Made by a program: the position numbers and the translations under genes. From contig JBNJNM010000011.1 in assembly GCA_052426225.1 (NCBI GenBank), forward strand, positions 2,356,001 to 2,420,000: a stretch of DNA of 64,000 bases. The letters run 5' to 3'. The stretch comes from Zancudomyces culisetae HAW-14-8. Lineage: Eukaryota > Fungi > Kickxellomycota. The notes under the pieces were generated by a model that searched no databases, was not told the origin of the DNA, and worked only from the letters and a program-made list of their open reading frames with translations. Below are positions 13,545 through 22,722 of this stretch, one piece after another. Positions within the stretch are counted from its first letter, which is position 1. Every line of letters begins with the position of its first letter.

Positions 13545-15627
13545 ATGGAGGCAGAATTGGAAAATGGCTTAGATCCAAGAGAACTGCTGCTATTTTACAA
13601 GAGGCAACAAGGTGAGGAATTCAGTCAATTTAGTATGAGATTTTCTGAACTATCAGGATTGACACTATCTAAATGCATATAGAGAAGAGCGAGGAGGAGA
13701 TCGAAAGAATAATGACACACGTGAGAAATATTGAAGGATTCCACAATGAAATTAAGCAAATGCTTTGGAAGCTAGACGAGAAAGACGAGGAAATCGAAAG
13801 GCTCAAATCTGTCCTACAAGAACATACCCAGGCATTGGTTGAGGAGCGTCAAAATAATTTTAAAGCACTTGAGGCTGTTGATAGACTTAAAGGTAAGATT
13901 ATGCATATAATTTTGATATGATTTATTTACTATCAGTATTTTATTATTCTGTGTATTGCAGTGTTACGGGTTAAAAATACATGAAAGCTGTATCATGTTA
14001 TGTGATGTAGTAAAGGTCCAGAGGAAGAGTAGGCAAGTCAAGTATTTAGTTGCAGTAAATAAAGAGTTGCAGAGAAACTTTGGAGATCAAGCTCTAGATC
14101 TTGGTCAAATATTTACTTACAAAACTAAGGTAATTCTCATTACAAAAACAGTAAAATTTGAATATTATTCATACCAAAATACAACATATTCTAAGCCTTT
14201 AAAAGACATACCCAATCAATCCGTGTTTAGAACGAAGATGATGGCTTAGCAAAAGGCAGGCTAGAGGATCCAAAAACCCAGGATTTGTTAATTGAAAACG
14301 AAACGTTAGTGTTATCAGCAGAAACACTAAAGATACAACTGGATGAACAGGTTGGTACATTATTCTTATTCATACTCTACCCAATCTTTTTTTCCCGCCT
14401 AAATGTGGTTGCTTCCATATGACTATATTAACGCCTCAATTAAATCTAGAAACGAGGATACGAGGAAATAGTAAATGGACTGAAAGACAAGATTAAGTCC
14501 ATGAGAAGTGATGAAAAATCAAAGACTCTGGCTTTAAAACAAGAGCTGGAGGAGATGACTCTAAAATATTACAACATCCAGGCCATGTATAGGGAAAATA
14601 TACGCGAAACGCTTTTGGCGAAGAAGGAATCAAGCTTGAACAGAGTCTCACTCGACGAAAATCAAACAATAATGAAATGGAAAGTACTCGAGCTGAGATC
14701 TCAGATCGATGACAAGAACCAAAAGATAAACGAATTGGAGCAGGTACTCATAAATTTATTTAATAAAAACTATATTTTACGGATGGGGGAGGTATATTCA
14801 AAGTTTAACTATCGATTTTCATGTTTGTACTAACTACCTTGTTGAACATATACTAATCAAAAAAAAAAATACTTAGGAAAAGACTACATTGATCAGCAGT
14901 AGAAATTCATCTGAAGTCAAAGACCTCGAAAAGCGTTTGCGAGATGCACGTGAAGAAATTTTTGTGTACAAGGTGAGTGAAAAGTTGTGTGTTCTGGTCA
15001 AATAACCAGCCAACAATAAGGCGAGAGGGAATATGGCAGAGTTATGGAGATATTTACACCATGTTTTTATCAGCAAGATATTAATAATTACTTGAAATTA
15101 GAACGATGCCCTAGTTAAAGAGACAAAGCTCAAACAGGCTATTTCAAGGTCAGAAGTAAAAGTTGAAAGATTAAAAAAAGAGTAAGAATACCGTCATTTA
15201 ACGAGCACATGCTTAACGATATATAAAGGGTTATATTCGCAGAGCCAGGACAGAAGTATAACTATTCATTATATATTTTATAGAGCAGAGGAACTCCGGG
15301 GAAGAGCAGAGTTTGATTTAAATAGCATCTTTGCGGAGCTCGTCGAGATCAAAAGGCTAATTTTTTCAGCATTCCAGATCCTTGGACTTTTGAGAACAGG
15401 GGATCATGAGTACACCGAAACCGAAATCCTTGGTGATTCTTTAGAGCTGAGTAAGTCCTCTTTTTTTTAAGATTGTCTTTTTATCAGGTTCAAATGATTA
15501 AAATGCTTCTAGACATTGACATCGACTATATTTGCCGCAACATCAAATAGTACAATCAACGGACCTTAGAATTGACGATCTGATGGTGTTCCTGCAAAGG
15601 GTTAAGAAGAATTATTCATCCGAATAG
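13545..15627 (+). CDS. Coiled-coil protein, CCDC77-like; predicted exons 13545-13611, 13683-13892, 14011-14129, 14231-14350, 14450-14743, 14877-14972, 15102-15181, 15284-15450, 15551-15627
   Basis: Eight GT-AG introns give one open frame: MEAELENGLDPRELLLFYKRQQEKSEEEI...DEKDEEIERLKSVLQEHTQALVEERQNNFKALEAVDRLKVKVQRKSRQVKYLVA...ENETLVLSAETLKIQLDEQKRGYEEIVNGL... These blocks are colinear with recalled CCDC77 motifs. The last exon choice is least certain. Confidence 0.75.
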
Positions 15628-15717
15628 CTTGCAGCATATTCATATTTTACAAAAGAAAAAAGCAAATCGGGGTGGAAAAGAAAATGAAAGGAAAAATGAG
15701 TGCAGTTCACAATGTTG

Positions 15718-17136
15718 TTATTGGGAAAGCATCAACAGGGTGTCATTGTCAGGAACAACCTTACTTTCCAACAAAAGCTTAACAATGTTATATTGTTTAT
15801 TTAAACACGCAATTCGTAGTATTCTGCTGTCGAGTTTTGCTCCGTGGTTGATCAGCAACGTCATTATCTTGTAATGTCCATTCTTCGCGGCTAACAAGCT
15901 TGGTAGACAGTCATTCACGTTTACATCTGCATTGTAGTAGAGTAAGAGCAAAGTTGATACGTAATCCCCATTCATTACCGACTTGATCAGCGGAAGCCCC
16001 TTATGACTATTAGGGTTAAATCCGAGCTGGAGCAGCTTGGCCAAAAGAAGGTGTCTTTTCACGACCTGATAGCTTTTTTGTTCCGGCGAGATTGTATTAG
16101 AACATGCCTGTGCGTGTTTATAGCATACATCGCAATTATAGATATTCAAATTATCCCTTTTCGCTACGCTGTGGTTTTCTTGAACATCTCCCCCAAAATA
16201 ATGAATATATCCTTCATTTCCCTCTATAACCAAAAATAAGTTACTGTCTTTGTCGGGTATTGATATTTTGCTGCTCACGTTCGTGCTGCCTCTAAGTTGA
16301 GACCGAAACAAGTCATCTCTACTATCTAATTTTGCTTCACCAGCCCTTCCCCTTTTTTGGCTTTTCGATTTTATTGTTTTATCAGTTTTTGAAAACAAAA
16401 TGGCTTCATCTAGCTCAGAACTGCCTTTTCCATTTGTAACCTCTGAAAAGTTTTGTTCAACGTAGCCCTTCCTTTTGTGCCCAAAACGTACCACTGTTTC
16501 TTTTCTCACAAGCAGGGGGTCAACTTGACCGTAGTATAAAGCTTCACTGCTTTTATGCTCGCTTTTCTGGGCTGTTCTATTGAGTTTTCTAGATTCGTTG
16601 TGTATGCCATTTGTGTCAACAATGGTACCGTTTAGGAGGGAGTAGTAAACCTCTGCCTGCCATTTCTTTCTATGTAGTGCCGTATACTTGGTTTTTTCCA
16701 GATATTCAGTTATTGGCTCAAACAACCACAATGGTAGCTTAAGCTTTGGATAAGCCTTTCTTGCACCATTACATCCTATCCCCTTAAGTAGATCATTAGC
16801 TTCCAATTCGCATCCCTCCTCTGTGATCTTGGATATTGTTTTGTCTAAAAACTCCCGTCTGTTGTGACTAGCTATAGCACTGTTCTTCCAATTCAATCCC
16901 TCCTCTAAAAAATATTCTATGAATTCTGCAGTCGCATTTCTGTTCAAGACCATTTTTTTTAATCCTTCTTTTCTGTTTCCCTTGTACTTGTGTACAATAT
17001 ACCATTTCTTTGTAAATTTTGAGGGTAAGCTGAAATATAGATAGTATCTCTTGCTAAGAACAGCTAATTCTGGATTTTCTGCCAAGACGAATATCCGTTC
17101 CACTATTGAAAACGGCAATGAAAGTAAATCTATCAT
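15718..17136 (-). CDS. Protein with N-terminal F-box-like motif and C-terminal ankyrin repeats, 472 aa
   Basis: N-term LLSLPFSIVERIFVLAENPELAVLSKRYY; C-term ankyrin repeats (LLLYYNADVN, LLAAKNGHYKIMTLLINHGA, IACLNKQYNIVKLLLE). Confidence 0.85.
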   Translation of the reverse strand: MIDLLSLPFSIVERIFVLAENPELAVLSKRYYLYFSLPSKFTKKWYIVHKYKGNRKEGLKKMVLNRNATAEFIEYFLEEGLNWKNSAIASHNRREFLDKTISKITEEGCELEANDLLKGIGCNGARKAYPKLKLPLWLFEPITEYLEKTKYTALHRKKWQAEVYYSLLNGTIVDTNGIHNESRKLNRTAQKSEHKSSEALYYGQVDPLLVRKETVVRFGHKRKGYVEQNFSEVTNGKGSSELDEAILFSKTDKTIKSKSQKRGRAGEAKLDSRDDLFRSQLRGSTNVSSKISIPDKDSNLFLVIEGNEGYIHYFGGDVQENHSVAKRDNLNIYNCDVCYKHAQACSNTISPEQKSYQVVKRHLLLAKLLQLGFNPNSHKGLPLIKSVMNGDYVSTLLLLYYNADVNVNDCLPSLLAAKNGHYKIMTLLINHGAKLDSRILRIACLNKQYNIVKLLLESKVVPDNDTLLMLSQ

Positions 17137-17748
17137 TTTGGAGCTCTCGCTAAATAAATAATTCTTGTTGAGAATTCGCAGACTAATATCTTTTTCCTTC
17201 CCGGCCCTTTTCTATCTTAATTCGCACTGCTCGTTCAGGAAAGTCGGAATCTATAACAAATAAATCATATGTTAAGAAAACCAACATTCCTAGAAAGCTA
17301 GCTCCTCTTTTTTAACTTCTATTTCTGTCATCTGGTCGTGAAGCCATTGTCCATCCTTGCCAAATTTTACATAAATGCGATTTCAGGATCCAGGACTAGT
17401 GTAAAAAAAATTTTCCGGGTAAATTATGACCAGGAAACGTGGAACTCTCAAGCCCCGTGATTTAAATGTCCACAAGTTCTCTTCAAAGATTTCAAACATC
17501 TTTAACCAATCTAACACATGTCTCGATTATAGGCAAACAGATAGTCTTTTCTTCACCAAAGCACAAGTCTTTTACAGCTTAAAACTAAAAAATTAATTTA
17601 CACTGACATTGTTGATACAGAGAGGCATAGTTTTTACAGTGGGTGTAGCACAATTTATTTAACATTGAAAGGTAGTAAAATACTAGTCAATAGTACTAAA
17701 CTTCGTAATAAAAAATGCTAAAGATTTATTGAATAGTCCTTTAGGTGC

Positions 17749-18156
17749 TTAGAGACATCCATATCTGGAGTACCAGTTGCGTCTGAAACCGATATCGCGG
17801 TTCCATCTTCTGCGGAATACAATATCAGCGTTCCATCTTGTTCTGAATGTTGGCAAAGTGGTGTAAAGGAATTCAAATCTTTGTCCATCATATACAGCTG
17901 GCTTGAAGACCAAAACTTTGGTAAAGGAAACAGCTGGGGTGGTGTTCCATGCCCAGTATCTTCCACCAATGAATACAGCTCCTGGAGAGTATGGGAAGTC
18001 GTAGTATCCTGGGTAGAATCCTCGACCGTATCTTCCGTGATGTCTGTGATGTCTGTGATGTCTGTGATGTCCGTGATGTCCATGTCCATGTCCATGTCCA
18101 CCGGCGCTGACCAATTGAGTTGCGGCCAAAAGTGCTGATACTACCAAGAGACGCAT
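17749..18156 (-). CDS. Small secreted His/Gly/Arg-rich protein with C-terminal FRxRWNxDI repeats (paralog A), 135 aa
   Basis: Signal peptide MRLLVVSALLAATQLVSA; (GH)n/(HHR)n tract; core conserved with the paralog at 19910-20362 and showing synonymous differences; TATATAAA about 120 nt upstream. Confidence 0.9.
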   Translation of the reverse strand: MRLLVVSALLAATQLVSAGGHGHGHGHHGHHRHHRHHRHHGRYGRGFYPGYYDFPYSPGAVFIGGRYWAWNTTPAVSFTKVLVFKPAVYDGQRFEFLYTTLPTFRTRWNADIVFRRRWNRDIGFRRNWYSRYGCL

Positions 18157-18515
18157 GTTTAAAATATGGTTTGTTTTCGTTGCTTGTTACCTGTTTAAAG
18201 GGTGGTTTTTTATTTACTAGAAAGACTAGGGATGTTGTTGTGATAATTTATTTTACTGAAGATAGCATTGGGTTTATATATGTTTTGCATTGTCAATTTT
18301 TTAGATATATCAATATATTAGTTAAACATATACAATAGGAGGATGTGGTTATATGTCTTGTAGAATAAGCAAAATAATAAATGAATGGTACTCGAGACAA
18401 TCACATTTGTCAAAATAATAGTTTAAAACGTTTGAATGGATGATATATGACGCTAGAGGTAGAAAAATGCAAGTAAAGTACACATAAAGCTATTGTGATG
18501 ATGCATCTGTAATTC
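18102..18515. repeat. Direct repeat copy 1 (signal-peptide coding region plus ~360 bp upstream), near-identical to 20308-20722
   Basis: By-eye alignment at offset ~2206; only about 4 differences seen (3 substitutions, 1 homopolymer indel). Confidence 0.95.
18273..18280 (-). promoter_or_regulatory. Putative TATA box (TATATAAA) of paralog A; same element at ~20479-20486 for paralog B
   Basis: Reverse complement of TTTATATA, ~120 nt upstream of the ATG, retained in both copies. Confidence 0.5.
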
Positions 18516-19909
18516 AGATTGTAAATAATTAGTTGTGTAAATGCATTTATTACTTATTTCGCCTCTTTAATATCTAAATTTAATAATAGTAGCATTTTTT
18601 TTGATAAAACTATACATTGTGTCGTGATTGTTAACTTGCTTTCATAATGATAGTATAGTGTAGAGCATTGATTGTTTACCTTCTAATTTGTTATCTTATT
18701 GTTAATGCAAATTCAGCATTTCAATTTTCAATTTGATGCTTATAAAAGTGTTTAACTGAAAATAATTGAGCACTGTGTCTGCGCCTTTTTTTTTGTTGCA
18801 TTCATTAAGCTACTTCTACGGTTTTGCGCTTAAAATTAGATTTTTTGAATCTGGTTCTTGTGTATAAGGCGGTCCTGGACCTGTCAAAGATAGCGCTGAA
18901 TCCTAATAAACGTCAGACTTTGGCTCTTTTACCAATAATAAACATTTTTTACTTACAATCCATTCAAATAAAACAAAATAAAAAATAGCACAATTAGTTA
19001 GTATCATACGAGTGAAGTCAGCTCGTATGACACCAAGACGGTCCTCAAAAACGGTTTTTACCCCTCGTTTCTTTTTTATTTAAAGCAGTGGTTTAAATGG
19101 CATTCACTTTTTGTTTTTCCAACAAACCGAGATGTATTTGGAAGGGTTCTATAAAACGTAGTACAAGACAATGAAAAATACTATGTAGTAAATGCTGACA
19201 AGGTTTTTTTATTATCTTAGCATTCTAAATGGCTATGACATTTCATTGTCTCCACACACATTATTTTGGTAAAGTATTCTAGTAAAATACTGGCCAATTT
19301 ATATGTAGACAATCATGTATATATTTTTAAATTGATAACTGTCGATTTCAGTATTATTCAAACAAAACCTAGAAAAGCCTAAGATAGGAAACAATGAGGA
19401 AGGTGTGTTTTGTGGATGTTGCAATAAAATCAAAGGAACGGTTGTGTTAAAATTAAAGAAAATTTTCCTTGTATTTAGAATGGTGACATGGAGTTATATC
19501 GCATGATAGTATGTAGAACATGTATATAGCAGAAGAGAGAGAGAGGTATAGAAACATCTCAACTGATTTAACTCAGAAGCTTTAGACTTCAGCTGAAACG
19601 TTTTCAAGCAGCCTTCCAGAATGTTTACATGTTCAACCCCAGTACAATAAGATGTAGTGGCGGTAGTACAGTGTTGAGCAACTATCATTTTTAGAAAAGG
19701 ATAAACAGATGAAGCGCAAGGCATATTGTATCGCGCGATAAAAGTTTGCTAGTGTAATAACATACATACAATATTAGCGCTTGAATGTTAATGTGCAGCT
19801 TTTAGGTGGACAATTACTTTGTTTATTATATATTTTTTAAAAAAAGCGTCAAGGTAAATGCGTAAATAAATTTATAGAACACGGAACTAGTTGGTTGGTT
19901 CTAGTGCAT

Positions 19910-20362
19910 TTAGTAAATTTTGTAGTTTCTATACCATGAGCGTCTAAAGCTGATATCGCGGTTCCATCTTCTGCGGAATACGATGTCACCGTTCCATCTT
20001 GTTCTGAATGTTGGCAGAGTGGTGTAAAGGAATTCAAATCTTTGTCCATCATATACAGATGGTCTAAAGCTCAATGTGTTTATAAAAGCAACTGGTGGGG
20101 TGGCGTTCCATGACCAGTATCTTCCACCAATGAATACAGCTCCTGGAGAGTATGGGAAGTCGTAGTATCCTGGGTAGAATCCTCGACCGTGACCTCCACG
20201 ACCTCGGTGGCCTCCATGACGTCCGTTGTGGTTTCCGTTGTTGCTTCCATGACGTCCATGGTTTCCATTGTTGCTTCCATTGCTGTTTCCATTGCTTCCA
20301 TGTCTATCGGCGCTGACCAATTGAGTTGCGGCCAAAAGTGCTGATACTACCAAGAGACGCAT
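19910..20362 (-). CDS. Small secreted Gly/Asn/His/Arg-rich protein with FRxRWNxDI repeats (paralog B), 150 aa
   Basis: Same signal peptide and core (GRGFYPGYYDFPYSPGAVFIGGRYW...RFEFLYTTLPTFRTRWN) as paralog A; different low-complexity N-terminal tract (GSNNGNH repeats). Confidence 0.9.
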   Translation of the reverse strand: MRLLVVSALLAATQLVSADRHGSNGNSNGSNNGNHGRHGSNNGNHNGRHGGHRGRGGHGRGFYPGYYDFPYSPGAVFIGGRYWSWNATPPVAFINTLSFRPSVYDGQRFEFLYTTLPTFRTRWNGDIVFRRRWNRDISFRRSWYRNYKIY

Positions 20363-20722
20363 GTTTAAAATATGGTTTGTTTTCGTTGCTTGTTACCTGT
20401 TTAAAGAGTGGTTTGTTATTTACTAGAAAGACTAGGGATGTTGTTGTGATAATTTATTTTACTGAAGATAGCATTGGGTTTATATATGTTTTGCATTGTA
20501 AATTTTTTTAGATATATCAATATATTAGTTAAACATATACAATAGGAGGATGTGGTTATATGTCTTGTAGAATAAGCAAAATAATAAATGAATGGTACTC
20601 GAGACAATCACATTTGTCAAAATAATAGTTTAAAACGTTTGAATGGATGATATATGACGCTAGAGGTAGAAAAATGCAAGTAAAGTACACATAAAGCTAT
20701 TGTGATGATGCATCTGTAATTC
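20308..20722. repeat. Direct repeat copy 2, near-identical to 18102-18515
   Basis: By-eye alignment. Confidence 0.95.
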
Positions 20723-22722
20723 GGATTCTAAATAATTACTTGACGCACACTTGCATATCTTTTTCTCCGCCACCTTATTTGGTTAATAACTAAATATATT
20801 ATTAACACCGCCAGTGTAGCTATTATAGATTCTTCTCGCTACAGTAATTGGGGTATGTGCCTATCCATTAGTAATCTCGTAGAAATCTCATTAGCAGCAT
20901 CACTGGCAGCTTATTGTTAATGTCTAATCTTACAGTTGAGAATATACGTTGCTAACCTGGTCTTTAAACCTAGTATAAATTAGTCTAGACCCCACCATTC
21001 CGAATTTCAGGCTTAGTATTTTTTTAATTGATCAGCTATCTCACTTTTTTTTCTGAAACAGACAATTGAGTTACACCTTACAGATGTACATGGGAAAGTA
21101 ACGAGTGGAGTTGAATTTATTGTTGAGTGTTATCAAAAAAAAAAAACAAGAGACGCAGGGTGGATACATTGTTTGTCATAGGTATTGAAATAAGGCAATC
21201 TTGGAATTCCAAAAAAAATTTTGTTGGGTGTATTGTTGTGCACATTGTTCGTTTAGCTATGGGAAAAATAGTAAAATGTGACATATCGTGTCAAGGATAA
21301 TGGTTGCCTGAAAGGTTGGCGGGGGGCTTTTACAGAAGAAGGGGTATACACCACATCTACAATCATCTCTAACTATTGTGTAACTGTACACAGCACTGAT
21401 AGTATTATTCTTTAAAACCTGGGGTTAGAAAACGCCGACTCTAAAAAGTGCAGCATTCCGCTTAGGATGCAATACAAGTTGAATGCCCAAATGTATTTTC
21501 GGAACAGTAATATGTTTTACCAAATACTCTATTTGCCATTGCTACTGTGGTATAATGCTTATTACGCTTTTGCTCATAACCTCGATTTTTTATAACAAAC
21601 CCAAAGTAAAAAACAGATGTAAATTATATTTACATGGATGTATAGCTACCAAATATAAAAAAAGGGATCTGGAGTTTTTTGTAGAGAACCGAAAAGTAGT
21701 ACTTTCCTGGAAACTAGATAGCTTACAGGTTTGTTCCTGAGCTCAAACGAGTGGAGTGTAAAGTCATTTCCTTTATTGGTGCTTTGGAGAGGTAGACCCT
21801 CAATGCGCCTAGCCAACCTAACGCACCTAGATCTAGTTATTTGTACTTCATCATATTGCGACGTACTATACTGGTCGTCTATGACACGGTATAATTGCAA
21901 CCCTTCACTTTTTTTTTGCATGCATGCATATGGTTTTTCTGACTTTCTATATTCGTAACTTGGCTACAGTCATGTACGTGTATTAGTGGCTACCAACAAT
22001 TTATAACAGTTTGGTGCTTATTTTAGATTAGTAATCTGTGTGCCAGAATTGGGGGGAGGAGGCTCCAGATCTTGAACAAAATACATTACGTTTTCCTATT
22101 ATGCTGGGAAAACTCTCTTATGATTACTTTTAGTTTGGCTTGCCCACTTGCCGATTCTGGGGGAAGGTTACCAGCCTAGAGTTCCGTGAAGTTCCATTGA
22201 ATTCTTCTGTTTTTTAATTGGAAAACATTTTCTGTAGTTATTATTGGTCAATGTATTGGATTATTATTGGCTAGCTTTAACTCAGCTTTTCTGCCGCACT
22301 GCGCCATTGCCAAGCGAAAAATCGCACAAAAGGCTGGTAGAACATTTCTATTTTTTGGTTTGGAAAACTCCAGCAATTTCTAGAACCGAATGGATAATTT
22401 GTTCATTACTAATTGCGAAAACCAATGGTTTTAAAGATGATAAAAAATTAAATCAACTTCTCAGTGGCAAAAAGCAAGGACCGTAATGACAAGATATACC
22501 ATCCCAGAGTGTTACATAAGCAGCCTGAAAAGGTATTTAAGCGTCAGGAAATTCAGAAAAAGGGTCAAGTCAAAAAAATAAAAATATATCGTCAAGAAAC
22601 AAGTCAAGAGTATATAGCTAACAGCTTTTGTATCTATTGCCTGAAAACTTAAAATATTTATCAAGTCAAACGACAATCATATATTATTTTTGAAAAAACA
22701 GAAACACAAGATAAATTAAACT

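Noticed and set aside
17718-18138. Alternative-frame ORFs (MDMDMD..., MEAMET...) over the twin secreted genes
   Set aside because: Frame shadows of the repeats; the signal peptide and synonymous-change pattern support the other frame.
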